From an uncultured Candidatus Poseidoniales archaeon (lineage in GTDB: Archaea; Thermoplasmatota; Poseidoniia; Poseidoniales; Poseidoniaceae): a DNA stretch of 64,000 nt. Positions 1-9,693 of the stretch are shown here, piece by piece. The notes under the pieces are model-generated. The model ran no database searches and was not told the origin of the DNA. It worked only from the letters and a program-made list of their open reading frames with translations. Made by a program: the position numbers and the translations under genes. How positions within the stretch are numbered: the stretch's first letter is position 1; every line of letters begins with the position of its first letter. The DNA is taken from assembly GCA_964613395.1 (NCBI GenBank), contig CAZTGO010000002.1, forward strand, positions 159,631 to 223,630. The letters are read 5' to 3'.

Positions 1-142
1 ACCGTTGCGAACAGGGGGGCAATAAACATAGCATTCATCATTGCACTTTTTTGGTTGGCAGTTGTCTTCTTTGAGAACTGCTACTCTCATACGAACCACC
101 GTAGGCAATGTTTTGTCCAGCCCGAGTGGGCCGTGGACCTCC

Positions 143-682
143 TCAAATTAAGCCCTTGAGGTGCTCATGGCCTTTGATAAGGCGAATAGTGCAAGGTGTA
201 GGGAATTTCATTCCAGCCTTGCGAAGAGCATCTCTTGCTGTGAGGTAATGTTGAGGGTGGACTTGGATGGTGATTACTCGTTGTCCACGATTGACCCGAG
301 CCGCAGTGCCAACATTTTTTCCAAAAGCACATCGCATACCTTGGGAAACACGGTCTGCACCAGCACCTGTAGCTTGTTTGTTTTCTCTCAAGACATGGTG
401 TGGGAACGTGTGAATCCGAAGTGAGTATCCTTGTGGACCTGCCTGTTTTCTGATGGTGGAGTTTGAAACAACACGAGCGGCTTCGAGAGCAGTGTGTCGA
501 ATTTGACAATCATTGTCTGCACGCAATTCGATGATGACTGGAAATTGACCAGTTTCTGCAGCACGGCGATTTCCAACATGGAATTGGTGGATTCTGTTGT
601 TGGGTACACCACCCATGTATTTGCGACGGGTAAACGCAGGACCCTTGAGTTGTCGGTACATTGAAGCTGGTTTGCGTGCCAT
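143..682 (-). CDS. rpl10e: 50S ribosomal protein L10e (uL16)
   Basis: 179-aa product MARKPASMYRQLKGPAFTRRKYMGGVPNNRIHQFHVGN... matches the archaeal/eukaryotic L10e N-terminus and length. Confidence 0.85.
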   Translation of the reverse strand: MARKPASMYRQLKGPAFTRRKYMGGVPNNRIHQFHVGNRRAAETGQFPVIIELRADNDCQIRHTALEAARVVSNSTIRKQAGPQGYSLRIHTFPHHVLRENKQATGAGADRVSQGMRCAFGKNVGTAARVNRGQRVITIQVHPQHYLTARDALRKAGMKFPTPCTIRLIKGHEHLKGLI

Positions 683-818
683 AATCAGACCTCTTGCATG
701 TCATGCGAATCATGTTCCCTTTATCATACCTACGATGCTTATTCAGCGTGACGAAATGACAAAGTTTTGGAAGTTCTTCATCAAAGCATTCATGGACTCA
801 TAGAGAATCCCAACAAAC

Positions 819-2009
819 ATGGTGGAGAAATTAAGAAATTTCCTTCGCCAAGAATCTGAACATCAATGGCTTTCATTGTTCATATTTTTCCTCTTTGTTC
901 TCGGCGGTGCATTTGCTATTTCAGCAACTGAACATTACTCTGGTGGTTCAATCGATACATCGGAACATTCACATGATGGTCTTCAGGTTCTCGATATCGT
1001 GTACACGGAGAATAGGGACTTAATTTCATCAACATACAAGGCCGATTTTGGATACGCATTAATGTGGGAAAAATCAGATGGTGAGAGTGAATTTCTCCTG
1101 CATCCAGCGAACACCGGTGCAAATACTCATGTGACATTTCTAAAACAACTCGACAATGATTCAATTGTCTTTTCATACCGCGATAATACACTATCTTTTG
1201 CTTTCCCGAATTCAGTTGAAGACCACTATCTTTCAACTCCCGAAGACAGTGAATTCGTGATTAACGATGCTCAAGTCAATGCGAACGGAGAAACACTTCT
1301 CCTTGTGTATGAAGACGGCATGAAAACTCTCCGAGGTCTTCCCTCAATTGATTCTGATCTAACATCAGCAATGTCGTCTTCAACTCAAGACGACTGGATA
1401 TCAATTGAACATCTTCACGGCGATGTCTGGGTCGTTCTTGGAATGCATATCGCGAGTGGAGTTTCAAACCCTAACTCGCCGCTTACCTACATGACCGTGG
1501 GTTTTGTTGAATGGGATGGGACCTCATCCACCCCGGTCATGTTCTCCAAACAAACATTTGAGCCCAGTCAAATTCATTCGGTGCATGTCCTTGACAACGG
1601 CTCAATCGTCGCATCTGGAACAACCCACTTTCTTCTCGTTGATGACTCAGCTCAAATTCATTCGTTTGAATTAAGTTCATCGATTTCGATTTCAGATGGA
1701 AGCTCTGTATGGTTTTTCAACGATTTAGATTCTAAACAAGTGGGAATATTCTCTGATGATGGAATCTTACATCGTCAACTTTCTATGAAATTACCATTGC
1801 AGCCTTCAGTTTCTGGTTTTGTTGACAACATGATTTACATTCACGGGCAAGATATGTTCGGTCAGGATATTGTCTATCAATTTGATACAACACTGGATGG
1901 CTCTATACAAAGCGGTCGAGGTTTCTTGAATGCGAGTTTCATTTTTGTTTCCACAATTATTTTTGGCGTCATGATTTGGAACATCTCTCTTGTTTGGAAA
2001 AAGTATTGA
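819..2009 (+). CDS. hypothetical surface protein; N-terminal hydrophobic segment, Ser/Thr/Asp-rich ectodomain, C-terminal TM helix ending in KKY
   Basis: 396-aa ORF with hydrophobic stretch WLSLFIFFLFVLGGAFAISA near the N-terminus and FIFVSTIIFGVMIWNISLVWKKY at the C-terminus; no recognisable catalytic motif. Confidence 0.5.
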   Translation: MVEKLRNFLRQESEHQWLSLFIFFLFVLGGAFAISATEHYSGGSIDTSEHSHDGLQVLDIVYTENRDLISSTYKADFGYALMWEKSDGESEFLLHPANTGANTHVTFLKQLDNDSIVFSYRDNTLSFAFPNSVEDHYLSTPEDSEFVINDAQVNANGETLLLVYEDGMKTLRGLPSIDSDLTSAMSSSTQDDWISIEHLHGDVWVVLGMHIASGVSNPNSPLTYMTVGFVEWDGTSSTPVMFSKQTFEPSQIHSVHVLDNGSIVASGTTHFLLVDDSAQIHSFELSSSISISDGSSVWFFNDLDSKQVGIFSDDGILHRQLSMKLPLQPSVSGFVDNMIYIHGQDMFGQDIVYQFDTTLDGSIQSGRGFLNASFIFVSTIIFGVMIWNISLVWKKY

Positions 2010-2104
2010 ACAGACCGCTGAATCCAGCGATTCCAAGTTGATGGTGAAGAATCTTCATGTGCTATCGTCGGAGACGGCAAACCTGCACGGCGAAATGAGG
2101 ACGG

Positions 2105-4720
2105 ATGTTCATGGCAAAGAGGGGAATGATGGACCAGTTTGATGAAATCAAACAAGCACATCAAGATACGATTTTGTTCTTCAGAATGGGCGATTTCTAT
2201 GAATTATTTTATCACGACGCAGAAGTCGCATCCGAGGTCCTAGGACTCGCCTTGACATCAAGAGACAAAAATGCAGAGACACCAATTCCAATGGCAGGAT
2301 TTCCATGGCATGCACTTGAAGAACATCTTCGCAAGATGTTACTTGCTGGATATAAAGTAACGATTGCAGAACAAGAGGAGGAACTCAGGGAAGGTGCAAA
2401 AATTCTCGAGCGTGTCGTAACCAGGGTCTACACACCTGGTACGTTGTATGAGGAAGGCTTGTTGCAACAAAATGAGCGGGCAATTCTCCTATCTCTTGTG
2501 TTGTCCGAGAACATATTGGGGCTAGGAATGTTTGATGCGTCTACAGGTCAAATTTGGGGGAGTACATATCAAGCATCAGAGTTGAATCAACTGATTGATG
2601 ATTGTTTGACCTGGCAGCCTAGCGAACTGGTGGTGAACATCAAAGATGCATCGAACCCTGTGCTGCTTCAGATTGCACAACAACTTGACTCATGTGTATT
2701 AAGCACACATTTTGTTGCTCCAAACGTCATAAAAAGTAGATTAGATGCAATTGTAAAACAAACCGATGTGAGTCAAATCGATGTTGATTCGCACCCTGCT
2801 ATGAGTCAAGCAGTTGGTTTAGGAGCTGATTACCTCTCGTTCCTCCATGTAACTAATGACTTGTCTTTTTCCGAATTTATCATCCGCTCAGATTCAAAAC
2901 ATCTTATTCTCGATCAAACCACTCTTCGTAATCTTGAACTCACCTCTACACTAGCAGGTGAATTCGAAGGTAGCTTATTGTCAAAACTCAATAAATGTAG
3001 AACAGCAATGGGTCGTCGATTACTTCGTGAATGGATTTTACAACCATTACTTGACGCAGAGTCAATCGAACTTCGTCAAAATGCTGTGAGTTCGTTACAA
3101 CGTTCAGGACGACGACTTGATGGTTTACGCGAATCACTCAAGGGCGTTCGAGATCTGGAACGCCTTTCCACCCAATTGGCTTATGGTCGTGCAAATGCAC
3201 GTGACCTTGTCGCAACCTCTGATGCTTTAGGACGTATGCCAGCCATCATATCATGGTGTGAGGAAACAAACGATACTCTGCTGACGAACCTCTCAAAAAA
3301 TTTGGATTCGTTGGAAGAAATTGGTAAGCAAATACATGCAGTGCTTGAGGAGAATCCGCCATTAAGTCTCCGGGATGGAGGCCTCATACGGAGTGGTGTT
3401 GATGAAGAAATTGACCAGTTGAGGAGACAATCTGAAGAAGGAGTTTCATGGTTTCAATCCTTAGAAAATGAATTGCGTACGAGTCTTGAGATTCCTTCGT
3501 TAAAGGTGAGGATGAATCGACAAATTGGTTGGTACATCGAAGTCACCAAAACTCATGAATCTAAAATCCCGGCGAATTGGCATCGGAAGCAACAGATGAC
3601 AAACGGATCTCGTTATACAACAGAAGAACTTGCTTCACGAGATGACGTTCTTATGAATGCGGAATCGAGATTAAAAGAAATAGAGTATCGTAAATTTTTG
3701 GAACTTCGAGGATACTGTCGGGAGTTCACAAGTGAACTTTCGAGCATCGGGCGGAAGATAGCAGCGATTGATGTGCTTCAATGTTTTGCGACGGTCGCTC
3801 GAAACAATCAATGGACGCGTCCAGAAATCACATCATCGAAGCAAATTTCCATTTCAAAAGCTAGACATCCAGTTTTAGATTCACCCACATTTGTCCCAAA
3901 TGATATCTCAATGAATTCAAAAGAATCATTTTTGTTAATGACGGGTCCGAATATGGGTGGAAAATCAACCTATTTACGAACTGTTGCACTTCTAACAATA
4001 CTTGCTCAGGTAGGCTCATTTTTACCCGCACAAAAAGCGAAAATTGGACTTGTCGATCGAATCTTCACCCGAGTTGGTGCGAGTGATGATTTGATGAGAG
4101 GTCGCTCTACTTTCATGGTTGAAATGATTGAAGTCGCACACATTCTGAAAAACGCAACGAACGATTCACTCGTCTTACTGGATGAGGTTGGAAGAGGCAC
4201 ATCGACCTTTGATGGTTTGTCCCTTGCTTGGTCGATATGCGAAGATATCTCAAATCGCTTGGGCACAAGAACACTTTTTGCTACCCACTACCATCAACTG
4301 ACAGGGCTCGAAGGTGAATTACCCGGTTTCAAGAACATTCATGTTCAAGTTTCACAATCTTCTGGAAAATTAGAATTCTTACATTCAGTTACCGACGGGC
4401 CTTGCGATGATTCGTACGGTATCCAAGTTGCCGCATTAGCAGGCGTCCCCCAACATGTTGTCGAACGCTCACTGGATGTTCTGAAGTTCTTGGAACAACA
4501 AGCTTCGGGAGCACGAGCCGGTGAAAAGTACGCTCCTGTCGCGAGAGACCATTTACAAAAGAGTCTCTTTGGCATCTATGCAGCGCAACCAAGTGTCGAG
4601 GAATCCTCCATTTCAAGTGAAATAATCCAATCTATTCAAGAGGTAAATCTCGAACAGATGTCACCTTTGGATGCACTTCAGTTCTTGTATTCGTTGTCAA
4701 ATAAAATAAAAGGTGATTAA
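2105..4720 (+). CDS. mutS: DNA mismatch repair protein MutS (bacterial MutS1 type)
   Basis: 871 aa; N-terminal mismatch-binding motif GDFYELF; Walker A GPNMGGKST; STFMVEM and DEVGRGTST ABC-ATPase signatures; TAA stop abuts the mutL ATG. Confidence 0.95.
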   Translation: MFMAKRGMMDQFDEIKQAHQDTILFFRMGDFYELFYHDAEVASEVLGLALTSRDKNAETPIPMAGFPWHALEEHLRKMLLAGYKVTIAEQEEELREGAKILERVVTRVYTPGTLYEEGLLQQNERAILLSLVLSENILGLGMFDASTGQIWGSTYQASELNQLIDDCLTWQPSELVVNIKDASNPVLLQIAQQLDSCVLSTHFVAPNVIKSRLDAIVKQTDVSQIDVDSHPAMSQAVGLGADYLSFLHVTNDLSFSEFIIRSDSKHLILDQTTLRNLELTSTLAGEFEGSLLSKLNKCRTAMGRRLLREWILQPLLDAESIELRQNAVSSLQRSGRRLDGLRESLKGVRDLERLSTQLAYGRANARDLVATSDALGRMPAIISWCEETNDTLLTNLSKNLDSLEEIGKQIHAVLEENPPLSLRDGGLIRSGVDEEIDQLRRQSEEGVSWFQSLENELRTSLEIPSLKVRMNRQIGWYIEVTKTHESKIPANWHRKQQMTNGSRYTTEELASRDDVLMNAESRLKEIEYRKFLELRGYCREFTSELSSIGRKIAAIDVLQCFATVARNNQWTRPEITSSKQISISKARHPVLDSPTFVPNDISMNSKESFLLMTGPNMGGKSTYLRTVALLTILAQVGSFLPAQKAKIGLVDRIFTRVGASDDLMRGRSTFMVEMIEVAHILKNATNDSLVLLDEVGRGTSTFDGLSLAWSICEDISNRLGTRTLFATHYHQLTGLEGELPGFKNIHVQVSQSSGKLEFLHSVTDGPCDDSYGIQVAALAGVPQHVVERSLDVLKFLEQQASGARAGEKYAPVARDHLQKSLFGIYAAQPSVEESSISSEIIQSIQEVNLEQMSPLDALQFLYSLSNKIKGD

Positions 4721-6694
4721 ATGGGAAATGGCCGTATTCTTCAGCTTGATGATGACACCATCGGCCATATTGCAGCTGGAGAGGTTGTTGAGCGTCCAGC
4801 ACAAGTGATTAAGGAATTACTTGAGAACAGTATCGATGCTCAAAGTACGAGTGTGGTAGTGAATATACAAAACGGAGGCTTTTCTTCTATAGAGGTTATT
4901 GACAACGGCAAAGGCATACATCATGATGATTTGAAGATTGCATTTCAGCGACATGCAACGTCAAAATTACAACAGCAATCAGACTTAGAAGAAATTTTTT
5001 CGTTAGGATTTCGGGGTGAAGCATTAGCGAGTATAGGAATCGTATCTGAGATGGAATTATCCAGCCGGCGAGAAGGGTCAGACGGCTTTTCAATATCGAT
5101 GAAGTATGGTGATCTTGGTGAGGTCGAACAATGTGGGATGCCTGTTGGGACAAATGTTTCAGTTCGAGATTTATTTTCAAACACACCAGCAAGGTTGGCG
5201 TTCCAAAAACGGCCTCAGTCTGAGGTTGCAAAAATTATTGATGCTGTTGTAGGTCATGCTTTAGCAAATCCAAGCATAGCATTCGTTCTCAACAGTGATG
5301 GTCGAACCCTTTTGAACATTCCAAAAAATGAAGATGATAGAGATCGCTTATACGACATCCTAGGAGCACAGGCGGCTGAAATGGTCGAACTTCTTTCTCC
5401 ACCAGAAGATGATAGTGTCCCAGGGTTTGAGAAATGGAGAGGTTACATCAGCACCCCTGAAACAACTCGTGGCAAAGGTGACGAAATTCACATCCTTGTG
5501 AATGGTCGTCCAATAGCTTCAACACCATTCCTAAATTCAATTCGAAAAGGATACAAAACAAGACTTATGCAAGGCCGTCATCCAATTGCGGTGTTGTATT
5601 TAGAATGCCCTCCAAAGGATGTAGATGTCAATGTGCATCCTACCAAAAGGGAGGTGCGATTACGTCATTCTTGGAGAATTTTAGAGCGACTCGAGAGAGC
5701 AATTGCCCATACGCTCCTTGCCATTCCAACCCTTCCTGATGCATCCGCATCTCTTCCCGGACTCGATTATATTGTTCAACAACCAAAACCATCACCAGTG
5801 ACCAGTCCACAGCTTGTGCAAGATGAACAAACTGATTCATCAACTGCTCCAGTTAAGCCACAACCACCAGCATGGGTGGCATCTGCCGGCTTGCAATTAA
5901 ATTTGCAGGGAGAATCCAAAGATGAACCAGAGCCAGCAAAAAAAGAACCACGCCCCATCTCAACCTCTCCACTCGCTCAAGCTACATTGCCGACATCAGA
6001 TGGCAGGATAGTGTCGCCTCCTTTGTCGTCTAGAGAAAGAGAATTACACCGATATGGTTCAATTCAAGAAACCATATCACCACAAAATGAGCCCCCCCTC
6101 CCTGAAGCAATAAACGACTTGCCTCACATGGAACCGCTCGCACAATTTGCAGAATCGTATATTCTCGTCCAATCGAATGATGATCTTCTTCTTATTGATC
6201 AGCATGCACTTCATGAAAGGATTCGATATGAGCGCATACGGTATCAAGACCAAGATTGGGAGAAACAACATCGCATCGTTCCACAAAAAGTGGATTTAAC
6301 AGCAAGACAACAAGCATTTTTGGAAGCTAATATTGAGATGTTGCATGACATTGGATTTGAATTTTCAAATCATGACCAAGAATGGAATGTCCTCGCTTAT
6401 CCGATGGCAATCAAAGGAGATCATATAGAAGAGGTATTGATTGATATTCTCAACGATTTGTCGGAAGATGCACATACGATTCCCACCATTGAAAAAATGA
6501 AAGATCATGTGGCATTCCTACAAGCATGCAGAGGAGCAGTGAAAGCAAATGAAAAATTGTCACTCGCTGAAATGCGCCGATTACTCGATGATATGAAGAA
6601 TATTCCAAATCCTTGGGCGTGTGTGCATGGACGGCCAACTTCGTTAAAACTTTCAATCGATGCCCTCGACCATCATTTTGGTCGTCATGGCTAA
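4721..6694 (+). CDS. mutL: DNA mismatch repair protein MutL, endonuclease-proficient type
   Basis: 657 aa; GHKL ATPase motifs ELLENSIDA and GFRGEAL; Pro-rich linker; C-terminal DQHALHERIRYE (DQHAx2Ex4E) and CVHGRP motifs. Confidence 0.95.
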   Translation: MGNGRILQLDDDTIGHIAAGEVVERPAQVIKELLENSIDAQSTSVVVNIQNGGFSSIEVIDNGKGIHHDDLKIAFQRHATSKLQQQSDLEEIFSLGFRGEALASIGIVSEMELSSRREGSDGFSISMKYGDLGEVEQCGMPVGTNVSVRDLFSNTPARLAFQKRPQSEVAKIIDAVVGHALANPSIAFVLNSDGRTLLNIPKNEDDRDRLYDILGAQAAEMVELLSPPEDDSVPGFEKWRGYISTPETTRGKGDEIHILVNGRPIASTPFLNSIRKGYKTRLMQGRHPIAVLYLECPPKDVDVNVHPTKREVRLRHSWRILERLERAIAHTLLAIPTLPDASASLPGLDYIVQQPKPSPVTSPQLVQDEQTDSSTAPVKPQPPAWVASAGLQLNLQGESKDEPEPAKKEPRPISTSPLAQATLPTSDGRIVSPPLSSRERELHRYGSIQETISPQNEPPLPEAINDLPHMEPLAQFAESYILVQSNDDLLLIDQHALHERIRYERIRYQDQDWEKQHRIVPQKVDLTARQQAFLEANIEMLHDIGFEFSNHDQEWNVLAYPMAIKGDHIEEVLIDILNDLSEDAHTIPTIEKMKDHVAFLQACRGAVKANEKLSLAEMRRLLDDMKNIPNPWACVHGRPTSLKLSIDALDHHFGRHG

Positions 6695-8073
6695 TGTTTA
6701 TTGGGATTGAACAAAATTTGCTTGATTTCTGCTCCAGATTCTTTCAATCGGTTGACGGCGTCTGGGTCTGCCACCCTATGTAATTCACTACCTTCGAGGA
6801 ATACACTTCCATCGCAACCAAGAGCAAGAATCATCGCAGTCATCTGAATTCGATGGTCCAAATGTGTTCGAACAAGTTTTTTTGGTGTCACAAGCGATTG
6901 TCCTCCGGGTATAGATAGACGACCATCATCAGTCATGTTTGCTCGTAATCCAAATTGATTAAGGAGCGCGATTGTCGATTTGATTCGGTTACTTTCTTTG
7001 TGTTGTGCATGATGAATCGATGAAATCTTGCCCCCGTTTGAAAGTGCAAGAAGTGCAGATAGTGGAGTGATAAGGTCATTGGCATCGATCAAATCAAATT
7101 CAGCCTCATGTGATTCATCGAGGTGAGAAATAAGAGGGCCATCAATCTTCAAACCAAATGATGTCGATTTATCATAAAGCAATTCATGACCAATGCTTTC
7201 CGAATCTTCGGGTATGTTTCCAACGTGAATGTTGGTCTTCAGCACTTTTGCTGCGAGAAGTGCAAAACTGAACATCGATGCATCTGATGGGATGCTTATT
7301 CTGGATGTGTGATTTGAGAAATTCGGGACCCATGGAGGAATCTCAATATTTTGTCCTTGCATGCGGATTTCTGCACCATGGTTTTTTGCTATATCAATCG
7401 AAAGTTGACTATGACGTGTCGAAACCAGGTCACCACTCAATTTGATTTCTAGTCCTGAAGAAAATCCAGGAGACGAGCATATCCATGCGGTAATTGGTTG
7501 ACTCGATGTTGAACCATCAATCGAAATTGTGGCCCTGTCGTGTTGAATGCCGTTGAACAGCACAGGTAATGCCTCTTCACGTTCACCAACAGAAATGACA
7601 ATTCCTAGTTGTTCAAGCGTTTGTAAAATTTTGTCGTGAGGACGATTCCGAAGACTTGAGTCTCCATCAAGCATAGAAATCCCTTCGATTCGAGAACATA
7701 GTGCGAGCAAACATCGCAATGTTACACCTGAGTTTCTCGCATTCAGCACTGTTTTCGATGGTGAAAAACCATGAGGGCCAACTCCGTGTACTTCCCAGTC
7801 TCCCTCTTTTTCTTCAATTTTAACACCGAGTTGAATGAGGCAATCTTTCATCGCGATAATGTCTTCACCAACATTTTCCATTTTTGAAAATCTCACCACA
7901 TCTTCTGATTGAGCAGCTAAGATGAGATAGCGTAGAGCATGGCTTTTCGAAATTGGTAAGGTCCATTTCATCTCTTTCTTTGTGCGAAACGGTTGAACTT
8001 CAAGCACAGGAATAAGGCTCAATTTACTGTTTTTGCCGGATGGGGCCCATTTACGCTTCCACCCATCGGCCAT
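6691..8073 (-). CDS. aroA: 3-phosphoshikimate 1-carboxyvinyltransferase (EPSP synthase). The true start is probably internal (near MKWTLPISKS, about 7971), because the LPxSKS box is usually about 20 aa from the N-terminus.
   Basis: LPISKSHALRYLILAA matches the LPGSKSxSNRALLLAA box; 460-aa two-domain length; converges with mutL with a 4-nt overlap. Confidence 0.85.
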   Translation of the reverse strand: MADGWKRKWAPSGKNSKLSLIPVLEVQPFRTKKEMKWTLPISKSHALRYLILAAQSEDVVRFSKMENVGEDIIAMKDCLIQLGVKIEEKEGDWEVHGVGPHGFSPSKTVLNARNSGVTLRCLLALCSRIEGISMLDGDSSLRNRPHDKILQTLEQLGIVISVGEREEALPVLFNGIQHDRATISIDGSTSSQPITAWICSSPGFSSGLEIKLSGDLVSTRHSQLSIDIAKNHGAEIRMQGQNIEIPPWVPNFSNHTSRISIPSDASMFSFALLAAKVLKTNIHVGNIPEDSESIGHELLYDKSTSFGLKIDGPLISHLDESHEAEFDLIDANDLITPLSALLALSNGGKISSIHHAQHKESNRIKSTIALLNQFGLRANMTDDGRLSIPGGQSLVTPKKLVRTHLDHRIQMTAMILALGCDGSVFLEGSELHRVADPDAVNRLKESGAEIKQILFNPNKH

Positions 8074-8146
8074 AGAGGTATGATGAATCGCCTCATCAAG
8101 AACCCTTGCTCTTTAACTTGAAAAAAGGCAGGCACTTGGTCTAGAC

Positions 8147-9145
8147 ATGACGGTCCTCGATATGCTTCAACGGCCTATCGAAGATATACGGATTTCTTTG
8201 ACGGATAAATGCAATTTTCGTTGTACGTATTGCATGCCTAAATCAGTCTACGGCCGAGAATATAAATTTCTACCACGAAGTGAATTACTCAATTTTGAAG
8301 AGTTACAATTTCTTGTTCAAGAACTTCTTCCTTTTGGTCTCAAAAAAGTACGACTTACGGGTGGCGAACCACTCCTTCGTAAGGATATTGAGCATCTTGT
8401 CCACCTCTTCCGTGAACTTTCAGATGATCTGGACATTGCCATGACTACCAATGGTGTTCTATTGAAACAAGCATTGCCCAAACTTGTGAATGCAGGCCTT
8501 TCTAGAGTTACGATCAGTCTCGATGCTGTCGAGAATGAAATATTTCAATCGATGGCAGACAATCAAATTTTTTCATCCCAAGATGTTCTCGATAGCATTG
8601 CGTTTTGCAAACAAAATAACGTACCGGCGAAGGTCAATGCGGTGATTCGAAAAGGAGTCAATGAACATCAGATTCTTCCTCTTATCAAAGCGATGATGGA
8701 TCTTGATGTGGAAATTCGATTTATTGAATTCATGGATGTTGGTCAAACAAATAATTGGAACCTCGATGAAGTTATCACGGGGGCTGAAATTCGAAAAATC
8801 ATTTCCAGTGAGTTTGGTGAATGTCAACAAGTGCAAACAAAACCCTCTGCTGTGGCAAGACAATGGAAATTAACCAATGACTATGTCTTCGGATGTATTG
8901 AATCCGTTTCAAAGCCGTTCTGCTCAACATGTAGTCGCCTACGTTTATCAGCAAACGGGAGATTATACACATGTCTTTTTTCTGACGAACATCATGATAT
9001 TAAGAATGTGATACGAACAACACCTAGCGATGTTCAAACCTTCATTTCTTCAATTTGGAGCAAGAGAAGAGATCGATATTCTGAATTGAGGGCAAACTTC
9101 GATGCTCAACAGAAAAAGCCTGAGATGTCATTTATTGGTGGCTAA
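8147..9145 (+). CDS. moaA: GTP 3',8-cyclase MoaA (radical SAM, molybdenum cofactor biosynthesis)
   Basis: 332 aa; CNFRCTYC radical-SAM cluster motif near the N-terminus; C-terminal second cluster cysteines CSTCSRLRL...C. Confidence 0.9.
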   Translation: MTVLDMLQRPIEDIRISLTDKCNFRCTYCMPKSVYGREYKFLPRSELLNFEELQFLVQELLPFGLKKVRLTGGEPLLRKDIEHLVHLFRELSDDLDIAMTTNGVLLKQALPKLVNAGLSRVTISLDAVENEIFQSMADNQIFSSQDVLDSIAFCKQNNVPAKVNAVIRKGVNEHQILPLIKAMMDLDVEIRFIEFMDVGQTNNWNLDEVITGAEIRKIISSEFGECQQVQTKPSAVARQWKLTNDYVFGCIESVSKPFCSTCSRLRLSANGRLYTCLFSDEHHDIKNVIRTTPSDVQTFISSIWSKRRDRYSELRANFDAQQKKPEMSFIGG

Positions 9146-9634
9146 TTAGGCCATTGCAGGTAAGTTCACACGTGCAATAACAGCGTTCGATGTTAGGTCG
9201 ATAAGGGTAAATTGCCACTTTCCATCTGTTGAACCAATTCGTTCAGAGTCGATGACAATATAATCGCCTTGGGTTACAGAGAATCCAGCATCGCGGTCTT
9301 GAAATGAAATGTTTGTACCAATGACGCCATACACATCTGAATCACCTATTTTTCCATCGATGAGTTGGCCTGCAGATGTGTTGAGTGGTGCAAGGGTGTA
9401 TTGCAAACGCATTGGATCAATACTTTGGTCGAGCGAGGTGATTCGAATCACATGGAATCCATTGTCGAGGGCTCGAACACTCACCGTTGCTTGTGGGGGG
9501 GCTTTGTCCGTTGCAGTCAAGGCACCTTGCATCATCACGAAAACCATGCTTGAAAGCATGACAGTAATAGCGAGGAGCAGAACTGTAGCAATGACTGGGC
9601 TGACGGCTTCATCGTCATTTACACATCTGCCCAT
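9146..9634 (-). CDS. archaeal type IV pilin/archaellin-like protein with class III signal peptide
   Basis: N-terminus MGRCVNDDEAVSPVIATVLLLAITVMLSSMVFVMM carries the archaeal pilin consensus (A/S)PVIATVLLIAITV; remainder is a Thr/Ser/Asp-rich beta-type domain; 162 aa. Confidence 0.7.
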   Translation of the reverse strand: MGRCVNDDEAVSPVIATVLLLAITVMLSSMVFVMMQGALTATDKAPPQATVSVRALDNGFHVIRITSLDQSIDPMRLQYTLAPLNTSAGQLIDGKIGDSDVYGVIGTNISFQDRDAGFSVTQGDYIVIDSERIGSTDGKWQFTLIDLTSNAVIARVNLPAMA

Positions 9635-9693
9635 GGTAATGCCTGGTCGCTAAAGGACTTCAACCAATCGCTCCATATCAAAAAAAATTGTAG

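Noticed and set aside
165-612. Several ORFs (161-424 +, 165-509 -, 388-612 -) overlapping the L10e gene
   Set aside because: They are embedded in or antisense to a strongly supported ribosomal protein gene. They have no motifs and are treated as spurious frames.
6219-6254. RIRYE-RIRYQ duplication in MutL as a possible recent tandem DNA duplication
   Set aside because: The two 15-nt units differ at many positions (aggattcgatatgag against cgcatacggtatcaa), so this is not a recent repeat. The first copy simply completes the DQHAx2Ex4E motif.
8573-8863. Antisense or embedded ORFs inside moaA, the hypothetical 391-aa gene, the ATPase, the platform gene, the 680-aa surface protein, the zincin, the tmk fusion, the SAP-M28 gene and the zinc-ribbon gene. 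Examples are 8573-8863, 12105-12689, 15506-15964, 16449-16673, 27438-27782, 42284-43003, 46842-47258, 50508-50966 and 62534-62842.
   Set aside because: Each lies wholly within a longer ORF that has clear family motifs on the other strand or frame. There is no independent support for any of them.
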